This document shows positions 43,369-53,177 of a stretch of DNA of 64,000 nucleotides, piece by piece. The notes below the pieces were generated by a model that worked only from the letters and a program-made list of their open reading frames with translations, had not been told where the DNA came from and ran no database searches. The position numbers and the translations under genes are program-made. Numbering within the stretch: position 1 is the first letter of the stretch; every line of letters begins with the position of its first letter. This DNA comes from Trypanosoma brucei (taxonomy: Eukaryota), in contig CH464491.1 of assembly GCA_000002445.1 (NCBI GenBank), positions 224,001 to 288,000 on the forward strand. Reading direction: 5' to 3'.

Positions 43369-44931
43369 ATGTCAGTTGCGCCGCCGGTCTCGGCGTCGTC
43401 AACGCAGTCCTCCTCTTTGTCAGAATCTGTGGCACTGCTCGTCCCTAAACAACTGCGACGGGTTTTATCGCGTGGTGGCGCCGAGGTGGTTGTCGAAAAG
43501 CGTACCGCAGGGAAGAAGCGGATGTTTGTGAACATTCCTGACGAATATGACCGAGAGGAAGGATGCCGTCGACATGCTTCTCATGCTGATGTGCACCGGC
43601 GGGCTCTTGAAGATTTGAGGTGGGCTCGGGAGACACTTTGGAATGACGAACGACTCCAACCCTATTTGTATACCTCAGATCACTTGACATGGCCTCCATT
43701 GACGCAATTGGCAAGTATGGTTAACCTGGCGTGGTCTGCGAGGGAAACAGACGCTGTGCCTGATCATTCTGCCGTCAGTGCGCTGAAAAAAGCGCTTGGT
43801 ATTATTCGACATGAGCTTCTTTACACAGGTTTGCACCCACTAAGGGAGGAGGCTCTTGCAGGGCAGCTGCTGGCGTTCACGTCAGAGGATGGCAATATCT
43901 CCGCATCTGGTAGTACATTACATGCAGTTGGTGGGTCAGAAGCACGATTCGGGGATACCGTGTGGTCCCTAGAACTGCACACTCCTTCTTTCAATATCGA
44001 CGATGTGCTGCGACTCTCTCTTACTGCGCGTATGCAGAAGGCGTGCATGGACGCTCTGCCGATCGGCCTTGCACCTGCTACCGTTGGGAACACATGGTCG
44101 GCAGTTTTGGCTGCGCACCGTCAAGCGGAGGAGAGGAGTTATCCAGGGCTTTTTCACAGCGTTCCACATTGTATTACATTGTTTGATGCTGAGGCTGCAC
44201 ATGTGGCGCGGATGGTTAGCGAAGCCGCTATCCAGGGGCGGCGTGTGCGGTTGCGTGTTGGTGTGTACCTCACAATGGTTCAGCGAAATGAGTTGTATGT
44301 ACTGTCAGGATCTTCTGCTTTAGGTGACGCTACTGACGATGAGTCGGAACTCCGTACCTCATTTGAAAGGGCGACGGGACGAAGCTATAAAGTGTGCCAG
44401 TCGTCGGGACTACTCTTGCGGATTCGTGGGAAAGAGGAGATTGAAGACGCTCTTCGGCTGCGCTTCCTGGGCCCCCTGGCTTCAAAGCATGAGCTTCTTG
44501 AGACTGCAACCCTTACCTCTCGTATTAGCAGTACGCATGTTGTAGTTAAGCATAATCCATTTGTTGTGATCCATGGTCCACGTGTTGCTGAGGGGTTTCC
44601 AGAGAATGCTGCAGCTCGCTCTGAGCTATTGGGTCTGCTTTCTTCGCGTGAAAGCACGGCCTCAAGTGGTCCCGCCCGGTTGGCCGTTGCGGAGGCCACA
44701 CCGTTAACAGTTCATGCGACTTCCGTTACACTCACCGGGGAGGACTTGCGGCAAGGCGTTGACGACGCGGTGTTGAAAACACTGTCTTCTGGACCCATGC
44801 CGAGGAGTGAATTGGCAGTACATTCGAATATGGCTCGTTTTCGTGACGCACCAAATTTCGAGGTGATGCTGAAGGACTCACTCAAGAGGATTGCTGAGTA
44901 CCATGGTAGAAAGTACCGTTTGAAGGAGTGA
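43369..44931 (+). CDS. Hypothetical protein (about 520 aa). ATG 43369 is the first ATG after the polypyrimidine tract and AG splice acceptor at 43212-43268. The track start 43168 is GTG, and the in-frame Met at 43222 lies inside that polyY tract.
   Basis: The ORF is continuous to 44931. The N-terminus is MSVAPPVSASSTQSS.... No recognisable family. The pyrimidine tract at 43212-43268 reads as a trans-splice signal rather than coding sequence. Confidence 0.55.
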   Translation: MSVAPPVSASSTQSSSLSESVALLVPKQLRRVLSRGGAEVVVEKRTAGKKRMFVNIPDEYDREEGCRRHASHADVHRRALEDLRWARETLWNDERLQPYLYTSDHLTWPPLTQLASMVNLAWSARETDAVPDHSAVSALKKALGIIRHELLYTGLHPLREEALAGQLLAFTSEDGNISASGSTLHAVGGSEARFGDTVWSLELHTPSFNIDDVLRLSLTARMQKACMDALPIGLAPATVGNTWSAVLAAHRQAEERSYPGLFHSVPHCITLFDAEAAHVARMVSEAAIQGRRVRLRVGVYLTMVQRNELYVLSGSSALGDATDDESELRTSFERATGRSYKVCQSSGLLLRIRGKEEIEDALRLRFLGPLASKHELLETATLTSRISSTHVVVKHNPFVVIHGPRVAEGFPENAAARSELLGLLSSRESTASSGPARLAVAEATPLTVHATSVTLTGEDLRQGVDDAVLKTLSSGPMPRSELAVHSNMARFRDAPNFEVMLKDSLKRIAEYHGRKYRLKE

Positions 44932-45328
44932 GCTTTTATTGCAGTGGTAATAAAAGCGGGTGCTGAAAACCAAAAAAAGATATCAGTAGGAATTGAGGGC
45001 CTCACTAGGCATTCCCCTAAGCCGCTTGATTGCCAACTATCTTCGTGACATTGCGGTGACGCGACGAAAATAACGGCGTTGTAGGGTTGCCGGTGAGGTG
45101 GCCATCCCCTCCACCCTGTAAATGAAATGAGCCCAGTACGGTCGGCTGCCGTTTCCACTTCACAACACTCTTGTAGGGGAGGGGACAAAGCTGATTATCC
45201 TTTTTCTCCAGTAAGATGCACACCTTTTTCGCCTCGGTCTCTTTTTCCTCTTTCCTTTTACTCGCCCTTGCTGTTATCGTGCCCCTCTGGTTGTGCTTTG
45301 ATATGGTTGTGTTTTTTTTTGCATGTAT

Positions 45329-45354
45329 GCATATATATATATATATATATATAT
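45329..45354 (+). repeat. (AT)n microsatellite, about 13 units, upstream of the Brix gene.
   Basis: gcatatatatatatatatatatatattcg. Confidence 0.9.
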
Positions 45355-45595
45355 TCGTTGTTCTCTTCTTTTTGTGCCCTACCGCTAAACTCTGAAGTAA
45401 TCCCCCCTTCCGTATTTGTGGCACGTAATACCCCTCGCTGCTGTGGAATTCAAGAAAAAAAAAGAGGGATACGGGATTCGTTTGTTTGCGTGTGCCTCTG
45501 TTTTGGCTTCCCCTTCTTTAACACTTTCCCTTCCAAGCGGCAAGGAAGTGAGGCAGTTGGGGAGGTGTGTGGAGTGAGACGTACTATTGTAGCAA

Positions 45596-46591
45596 ATGGG
45601 AAAAGGTGCGCGCACTAAACGTAGCGCCGGGCCTGTAGTGAAGAGGCAGCGGCATGAGGTTAGGCACCGTGCGACTGAGGTTGACCCGGCGTTAGTGGAA
45701 CGATATCGTAGTACGCGACAACCGGTAAAAAAGAGTCAGTTGTTTGAGGAACTGAGGGAACAAACAAAAGATGCGAAACGGTTCCGACGTGAGGCGCGTG
45801 AGAGGGAGCGGAAGGTTCTCAAGGAGAACGCCCCTGCGAAGCCGATTCCCAAAACAAAGGAGCGTATGCGGCTCCCCGACGTCACGTTTGTGGAGGATAA
45901 AAATGATGCTGAGATTTTGCGTGATGAGGCGGATGATGAATTTGCGTCGTACTTTAAGGAAGGCCGCAAGCCGAAGATTCTCATTACAACCGGTGAGCAC
46001 CCGTGTTTTCGAACCAAATTGTTTGTCAAGGAGGCGCTCTGGTTGTTTCCTAATTCCATCTACCGACCACGTAAGAAATACAACTTGAAGGAGATTACTC
46101 AGTTTTGTATCAACCGTGAATTCACGGATTTGATAGTTGTGACTGATCGTCTGAAAGAACCTTACAATCTAATCATTTCACACTTACCTGAGGGACCCAC
46201 GGCAATGTTTCGGGTATCAAACTTCATGACACACGCGCAGTTGAAAGATCCAGCACCGCGAACGGAGCACTATCCCGAACTTATTTTCAAGAACTTTGAC
46301 ACGCGATTGGGTCGTCGTATCAACCGCCTCTTAGAATGTTTGTTCCCGGCAACGCGTGACTATGAGGGTCGTGCTGTGGCGACCTTTCACAATCAGCGTG
46401 ATTACATATTTATGCGTACCCACCGTTACATCTTTGACAGTTTAGATGCCGTGCGCATTCAGGAAATGGGGCCACGCTTTACTCTTAGGCTTCTGTCGTT
46501 GCAGTCCGGAACATTTGACACACAGTTCGGGGAGTACGAGTGGTTCCGCAAGAAGGAACATGATGACGACAAGCTGGAGTGGTACCTCTAA
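45596..46591 (+). CDS. Brix-domain ribosome biogenesis protein (RPF1/IMP4-like), 331 aa.
   Basis: It has a basic N-terminus, then ...KPKILITTGEHPCFRTKLFVKEALWLFPNSIYRPRKKYNLKEITQFCINREFTDLIVVTDRLKEPYNLIISHLPEGPTAMFRVSNF...GPRFTLRLLSLQSGTFDT..GEYEW. These are the conserved Brix landmarks, including the C-terminal sigma-70-like motif. Confidence 0.75.
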   Translation: MGKGARTKRSAGPVVKRQRHEVRHRATEVDPALVERYRSTRQPVKKSQLFEELREQTKDAKRFRREARERERKVLKENAPAKPIPKTKERMRLPDVTFVEDKNDAEILRDEADDEFASYFKEGRKPKILITTGEHPCFRTKLFVKEALWLFPNSIYRPRKKYNLKEITQFCINREFTDLIVVTDRLKEPYNLIISHLPEGPTAMFRVSNFMTHAQLKDPAPRTEHYPELIFKNFDTRLGRRINRLLECLFPATRDYEGRAVATFHNQRDYIFMRTHRYIFDSLDAVRIQEMGPRFTLRLLSLQSGTFDTQFGEYEWFRKKEHDDDKLEWYL

Positions 46592-46875
46592 GGACTTGGT
46601 ATGACAGGGCGACATCTTTATTGTGTGTGCGTGGAAGGGTCACTGCCATCACGAGTAAATATATTAATGAGGGTTTGGTGGGTGAGGGGCGTCGCGGTAA
46701 GGGGCTTGCAGCGGTGGAACAGTATCCCTCCCCCCCCCCAAAAAAAGGAAAAATAACTGCATCTCCCTTTGACATTGAGTGTGCACAGCGGGTCTCTGTT
46801 TGTTTGCATGAACCGGAGTTCCTCCTTTCAACGAGCACTTTCGACCGGTTTGATGCTTCTTCAGGCACCCTTCTG

Positions 46876-46876
<1 letters not shown>

Positions 46877-46904
<28 letters not shown>
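46877..46904 (+). repeat. (TA)n microsatellite, about 14 units, downstream of the Brix gene.
   Basis: ctgctatatatatatatatatatatatatatacattt. Confidence 0.9.
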
Positions 46905-46907
<3 letters not shown>

Positions 46908-47122
46908 TTAGTTGCAGCACACACCAACCCGAAGCCACACATGTTGTACACATCGCTTGAATAACCAGTTACGGTTTACTAAAAGCCCCCTTATGCTATT
47001 CACTTTTGTTGTTTTCTGCTACAACTGTTGTTGCTCACTCCCGATTAACACGGTTTTCTTCCACATGTAGAACGAGAGGAGGCACTGAGGAGGAGGGTTT
47101 CCAGAAAGGAAGGTGATTCACT

Positions 47123-48586
47123 ATGTATTCTTCAGACAGGGTTCGGACCGTCATGGAGCAGCTCGCTTCTATGAATCCATACACGAACGCAAAAAGTTTA
47201 CCCGAAGTCCCGCGTCCCGACGAGTTATCGATTCCACGGAAGCTTTCTTCACGCCTTCAGATTCCGTATGTTCAGAATATACTCAACTCACTTTCGTACA
47301 ATTTTCTTCCTAATACATTTTTTTGTCTTGAGAAACACCGGTCGCTGCAGAGCATTCTTTTTACCTCGAAAGAAATCCTCGCAGAGGCGCTTCCGATCCG
47401 TTGCCTTGAAGCTACATTTGTGGGACTCTATCTCACACAGGATCTGAAGGATGTTGACCGCATTCCCCTTTCGTTTAAATCGCGTGCGAAGGGGCGTGCA
47501 TATCATCATATTGTTCTCGTAATACGCTGCAATTCCATGTACGGGGCGGTGGGACTTAGTCGGAAGTCCACACTTATGGACAAACCCCTAATTTACAATG
47601 GTCTTTACCAACTAATTATGGAGTACAAAAAGCAGTACGAGGCAATAGGACACGAACTGGTGGACTTCAAGTTGGGATTATGTGTCAATCATAAGCGAGA
47701 TTCGCGGAAAGCCCCGTGCTGGCGCTACATAGCGGTTAAACTTGGTAGGTCGACCGCTCCTTCGACTTCCACATCTCCACGCCCACAGGAACAGCAAGAA
47801 GAGGTAAGTACGAATGAGGTCGATGTATCACTTATATCTAATAGTGGGGGTTGTAGCTGTGGGGACGGCATTGAAAAAATGTTGAAATGTTATTCAGATT
47901 TGCTTTGTAGGCTCTCAGAAGAATATGACAACCTTTTGACATCCTATTCACGTGGAGCATCGAACAATAATCAACAGGTGTGCTTGAAAGACCTACACGA
48001 CATGGATAATAGCTCCGCAAAGGTGGAGAATAGGAGAAGGTTGGAGGAGCTACGTCAGGGTCGCTCGCCGTGCGGTTCTGTTGGAACGCGGTGCAAGAAA
48101 CGCAGCGCGTCCCGGTCGGTTTCGAAGAAGCGCGCGGTATCCCAAAATGATGTACCGTCGACAGATAGGTCAAGGGTGGTTAGGCTTTCTTCCGCAGTTG
48201 CTACCAAGAAAACTGCTCGAAGAGAAAAGGCTGCTGCTGCAAACTATCGACAGCCCGCAGCGTCTGACCTTAAACAACCCCGTGAGTTTTCGTCTGCGTC
48301 AGGCGAGAAAGGTGATGGCCAGTTACCGCACGTTTCTAGGGGTACTAATGGCAATATATCCCCAGAGCGAGCGTGCCGGGCGGCAGAGGAAGGGTGCGCT
48401 GCGAACCCTGGGGAAGAGGTTACGGGAGAGCGTCAGAGTGTGCGTAATCCACTCTTATCTCTGGCACTCCCACTGTTGGATTCGAAAGGTGGTGAGTTAG
48501 GCCTGACAACTTGCCAGGCAACTGACCGCTGGATGTTGCCAAATTCAGCAAAGGGTGCCAATATTAACGATGTGGGCCGATCGTAG
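47123..48586 (+). CDS. VASH: Vasohibin-like tubulin tyrosine carboxypeptidase (transglutaminase-like Cys protease fold) with a long low-complexity C-terminal tail, 487 aa.
   Basis: ...EALPIRCLEATFVGLYLTQ...RIPLSFKS...YHHIVLVIRCNSMYGAVGLSRKSTLMDKPL...GLCVNH aligns with the vasohibin core (EALPIKCLEAVILGIYLTN...RFPISFKT...FRHIVLGV...YGALGMSRREDLMYKP...KLGQSVSHD). The catalytic Cys (PIRCLEA) and His (YHHIVL) are conserved. Confidence 0.7.
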   Translation: MYSSDRVRTVMEQLASMNPYTNAKSLPEVPRPDELSIPRKLSSRLQIPYVQNILNSLSYNFLPNTFFCLEKHRSLQSILFTSKEILAEALPIRCLEATFVGLYLTQDLKDVDRIPLSFKSRAKGRAYHHIVLVIRCNSMYGAVGLSRKSTLMDKPLIYNGLYQLIMEYKKQYEAIGHELVDFKLGLCVNHKRDSRKAPCWRYIAVKLGRSTAPSTSTSPRPQEQQEEVSTNEVDVSLISNSGGCSCGDGIEKMLKCYSDLLCRLSEEYDNLLTSYSRGASNNNQQVCLKDLHDMDNSSAKVENRRRLEELRQGRSPCGSVGTRCKKRSASRSVSKKRAVSQNDVPSTDRSRVVRLSSAVATKKTARREKAAAANYRQPAASDLKQPREFSSASGEKGDGQLPHVSRGTNGNISPERACRAAEEGCAANPGEEVTGERQSVRNPLLSLALPLLDSKGGELGLTTCQATDRWMLPNSAKGANINDVGRS

Positions 48587-49679
48587 TTTTGTGTTTGTGA
48601 TCACTCCCAGCGGCAAAGGGTGTGTGTGTGTGTGTGCGAGGTGTGCGTGTAGAATGTCCTCTTAATTCTCTTCATTTCATCGTTTACACTTCTTTGCTGC
48701 TTTGTATCTTTAATTATGATAGGCGACGGCAGAGGATTAACGGCCTGATGGGTGTTGTGGCGCCAGTTCTTAGAGGAGGGGTTGTTTACATGGTCGTTTT
48801 TTTTTTTTTTGGACGTTTGGCGGAGAAACTCCCAATCAGAGGAATGTATGGATGGACGCGGCCTGTATTTTATGTGATGCGGTCACCGGATTACCTTCTT
48901 GCATCTTCTTCGTATTTTTCTGAAGGTCTTAGGGGACCGCCGAGTCGTTTGTACCTTTTTATTTTTATATGTTAACTCCGTGTTATGTCAAATCTTTACC
49001 TTTCGAACACTTCGTCATTCTTTTTTTCTTTTTTTCACTGATAACCCAATTATCATTCTGCTTAACGGCGCTCCTCGGCTCCACTCCTCGTTTTGCTTTC
49101 GTCCACCTCTCCTTTCGCTTCCTTTTTAGTTTGTTTGAGTTCACCGTCAGGAGCTTACCGCTGTGGTGGAGGGGCGGAACTGCAGTGGAAGAAACTTGAT
49201 AGCACTGTCCTATTAGTGAATACTAAATTATTGTTTTTACCTCGTATTCGAAAAAAAAAGGTATGAGGAACGTGGGTTACCTTGGAGACATGTGAGGACG
49301 CAATGAAGTGAAACACGATCCCAAGAAATGATGAATAAGGGATGAATAAAAACGCCTGGAGTAAGGGGTTTATCACCTGCTGCTGTTTCACTCTCTTCAA
49401 GCGGTAGGGTTTTTTTTCTTTTTACTTTTACCTCTTGTTGTTCCTTCTTCAATGTGCCGTCCAACTGATTCCACACCACGTGCATGGGACTTTGCATTTA
49501 TCATGCATCTCCTTTTAAATTTCCCTCACGTTGTGGTTCTCTTTCCCTTCTTCTTTGTTGTGTTGTGTTGTGCCCATCTTCCTTTGTTACTAAGTTGATC
49601 AGCGTCTTCTTTCTTTTTGTGTTTTTGTGTGTGTGTTTAGTTGTTACCGCAACTGCCTGGTTGTACAAGACACCGGCGA

Positions 49680-51734
49680 ATGACAACGCATTGGGTTCGT
49701 GACTATGGGGCAATAGTGACTAGTGCGGCAACGTTCTTTCTATGTGCTTCGTATCAGAGAGTACTTCTGCGTCATGGCGATGCTTTAATCCCCAGCGAAA
49801 AGAAGGAAAAAGGAGGAGCGACATCGTCGTTCTTTCGTGAGTTCATGCAGGTTGCCAGAATAGCACTACCCACTGTTTGGTGCAAGGAAGCTTTGGGTAC
49901 TTTTGTTTTTGTCTTACTCTTCTTTGTTTTGGCGGTGATTCGGGCACTAACGTCCGAAGCAAACGGCAGGGTGTTGAAGTCGATGACGGAGGGGACGGGT
50001 GGAACCCGTCTGCGCAACTTCACGCACACCTTACTTCTTCGTACGGCGCTTCACTTGTTGTCGTCTGTTTGTAGCAGTTGTGTGGAGCACCTTCGAACAT
50101 GGTTGATAGGTTGCTACCGTGTGAGACTTAGTAAGCACTTTCAAGAGCGGTATTACAGCCAGCTTGTGTTTTACAGAGCCGCTGTGATAGATAAGCGGCT
50201 GGAGGCAGTGGACTCGGTAGTCACGACGTATTGCGCTGAATTTGCCGAACATTTTACGGAACTCCCCTATTACTTCGTGCTTCCGGCACTCGGTTCTGCT
50301 ACATCTATGGTCGCCCTCATACGACGGGTTGGTGCCGGTGCATCTGCGGCTGCGTGTGGTTTAGTTTTGGCGTCTGTCCTTCTGATGAAGAAGTTTTCAC
50401 CGCCTTTTGGGAAAATATACGCGTCTCTGCTGTCAAAGGAGGATGCTTACAGAAGAATGCTTTCAAATAGTTTGAGTAATGTAGAAAACATTGCTTTGCA
50501 CAGGGGTGGTGAACACACTAGGAAGAAGCTTGACACCCAACTCGGCGTGCTGAAGGGTTATCTCGATCATTTTGCGCTCTCCCGTGGACACTTTAACCTC
50601 CTTGAACTGTCTTTTGCAACGACGCTGCGCAATATTGCTAGCATTATTGTCTTTGGTGATGCACTGCGAAAAGAGAACAAATCCACGAGTGATATTTATG
50701 TGGAGTTGCTGTACTTGAGGGATCTCAGTAAAAGTGTGACAGACGTTGTGTCAAACTTCCGTGAGATCTCTCACTTATCAACCTATACGCTAAAACTTGC
50801 GGAGTTTGACAGGACACTGAAGGATATTGAGGGGGACACATGCGATACGTTTCCGTGTGTGGCGAGCATACCAGATGTTGGAACGGTTGTTCCAACAGTC
50901 GTTTCTCCTAGCGTACCCATTGCCGGGGCCTTGAGCTTTCCACTTTTTACCTTTACCAATGTGAAGCTGAAAACCCCAACTGGTCACGTGCTTTTCGAGA
51001 ACTTGAATCTTACCATCCAAAACGATCAGGATTGGGTGATTACAGGAAACAATGGGTCAGGTAAGACGTCACTTCTCCGTCTCATATCTGGTCTCTGGCG
51101 GGCCTGCGAAGGAGACATTACAATGAGCAGCTGTGTGAAGTTGTTGTTCGCCCCGCAGGAAAGTTACGTGGTGCCCCATTGCACGCTCGTGGAGCAGATT
51201 CTTTACCCCAAGATTATAACATCTCTGAATGAGGGGGACATTGCATGTATAAAGGAAGCCATTAGTCTCGCCGGTGCCGAGTCTGTTGTTGAGGTGCTCG
51301 GCGGCTTTGAGAGTCCGGCAGTGGGCTGCGATCTTTCAAACGTTGATGAAACCTACGATTGGTCTTCCCTGAGCGGTGGGCAGAAACAACGTGTTAATAT
51401 GGCCCGTGTGTTCTACCAAGTCTTGCAAGCGGACCGGAGTCGGGAAATCCCGGTGGTGTTGTTGGATGAGGCTACATCTATGATGGATGACACGGAAGAG
51501 AAAGTGATGCTTAACTTACGGAAACTCAATGCGCGCATGATATCTGTCACGCATCGTGAACAAGTTGTTAAGCACCACACGCACGTGTTGAGAGCCCTTC
51601 CTGGTGGTCGTTGGATGACAACCAAAGTAACCCAATATGTTGGCAGTGACGATGTTGTAACGCAAGGAATCTCTTCGGTTGGTGGGTCCTCCAATGCCGA
51701 AGGTGTGGGAGTTGATTTGCACAGGGGTTTCTAA
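49680..51734 (+). CDS. ABC half-transporter, subfamily D (peroxisomal/glycosomal ALDP-type; GAT-like), about 684 aa. The first ATG is at 49680. The track start 49641 is TTG.
   Basis: The N-terminal transmembrane domain carries the ABCD-typical EAA-like region. The Walker A is GNNGSGKTSLLRLISGLW, the signature is LSGGQKQRVNMARVFY, and the Walker B is VVLLDEATSMMD. The TMD-then-NBD order and length are as in ABCD proteins. Confidence 0.8.
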   Translation: MTTHWVRDYGAIVTSAATFFLCASYQRVLLRHGDALIPSEKKEKGGATSSFFREFMQVARIALPTVWCKEALGTFVFVLLFFVLAVIRALTSEANGRVLKSMTEGTGGTRLRNFTHTLLLRTALHLLSSVCSSCVEHLRTWLIGCYRVRLSKHFQERYYSQLVFYRAAVIDKRLEAVDSVVTTYCAEFAEHFTELPYYFVLPALGSATSMVALIRRVGAGASAAACGLVLASVLLMKKFSPPFGKIYASLLSKEDAYRRMLSNSLSNVENIALHRGGEHTRKKLDTQLGVLKGYLDHFALSRGHFNLLELSFATTLRNIASIIVFGDALRKENKSTSDIYVELLYLRDLSKSVTDVVSNFREISHLSTYTLKLAEFDRTLKDIEGDTCDTFPCVASIPDVGTVVPTVVSPSVPIAGALSFPLFTFTNVKLKTPTGHVLFENLNLTIQNDQDWVITGNNGSGKTSLLRLISGLWRACEGDITMSSCVKLLFAPQESYVVPHCTLVEQILYPKIITSLNEGDIACIKEAISLAGAESVVEVLGGFESPAVGCDLSNVDETYDWSSLSGGQKQRVNMARVFYQVLQADRSREIPVVLLDEATSMMDDTEEKVMLNLRKLNARMISVTHREQVVKHHTHVLRALPGGRWMTTKVTQYVGSDDVVTQGISSVGGSSNAEGVGVDLHRGF

Positions 51735-53177
51735 CCAAAGCGTGTGTGAAGAGCATAAAAGTAAGTCACGGCAGGAGCACATCGCATGTTTCGCTTTGTT
51801 GTGGTTTTCTTGTGAGATAAATAATTTCCCCTACCATCGGAATGGGTTACTTATAAAATTTTGTAATACTTAACACTTATATTTGTAAATGCCATGTGCC
51901 TCCCTATTGTGTGTGTGTGTGTGTTTCTAAAAAATTATTTTGGTATTGATGGTAGTAGTCGCACTGGCGTGTTTTTTAAAATGTTGAATAAGATCTGTGC
52001 AAGTGGAGGTGAACAAGGGCTTAGAACTTATGTATATTGAGGATACCTTGCTCTTTTACGCGCCTTTTGTACTTGCCGTCCCCTCTCTCCCGACCCTCGT
52101 CATGTTTTACCGGAGGCCTTGGAACATATGGAGCAAGCGGTGACGTTGCTGACTTGGGTGTTAAAAAAAAAGGAAGTATACAAAAGTGTAACTAAGTTGT
52201 TAGAGGGATGATACTTGAAGGAGTAGCGAAGGCACTGGAGAGGTTAAGGGGAAAAATTTTTTCGTTCGTCACCATATCAGTACTACGTGCTTATGTATTC
52301 CTACATATACAATGCGTTGTAGCCAGGTGATTGGTCGACTTGAGGTCGGAATGGATGCACGGGAAAGATTGGTTGTATGTAAGTCTGCGTGTTAACTTTT
52401 TTAGGGGATCCTGTGGAAGGGATAAACTATTCATAGCGCCCCCCCCCAAAAAAAAAGTGTTATACACCTTTCTGTTTAATATTTTTACATGAAAAAGATT
52501 AGAGGAAGTTTTCCTTAACTTGTAAGTGCTGAATAACCTCCTGCCATTCTATGAGCGAGTCCGACGTTGTACAAATGTACAAGAGCATTTTGTCTATCAT
52601 TTCCTTTCCTTACATTTTATCCTTTTGGTATGGGATAGGTAGGGCGCTGACTGTTCGTAGGAGGGACCGCTTAAAGTGTATGCGTTGGGCTATGCCGTGC
52701 TTGATTTTTCACACCACTACGGTTTTGGCTGTGTTATAGCTTTTTCTAAAGTCAAACCAGACACAACATTTTTTATTTTATGTTTTTTTTTGATCCATTT
52801 GTTTATGCTCAAAGTGAGTTGAATCCACTTTTCCACTTTCCCCCATTTTCACTTGGCAGGCTGTGGAGTCTGGTGGTTCCAAATGGCCTATTTCGTGTGT
52901 GTGGGACTTATACCTCAATTAAAATAGGAGAGGTAAACATGCACACGCACACACACGCATACCTATATATATGCGTGTGTACGTGTGTGTTCCCCTTGCT
53001 CCCGGGTGTTTTCACCGGTCACTTACTGTAGGTACGTCGTTCATTCTCCTTCCCCCACCTTCTAGCGGTGGTTGTAATATTCGTTGCCTTCTCTTTCCCT
53101 TTTTTGAACATTGCTTTTTTTTTTTCTCACTGGTGTGGATGTGAATAACCGCAGCAACACCTATCAGGGGGTGGAGT

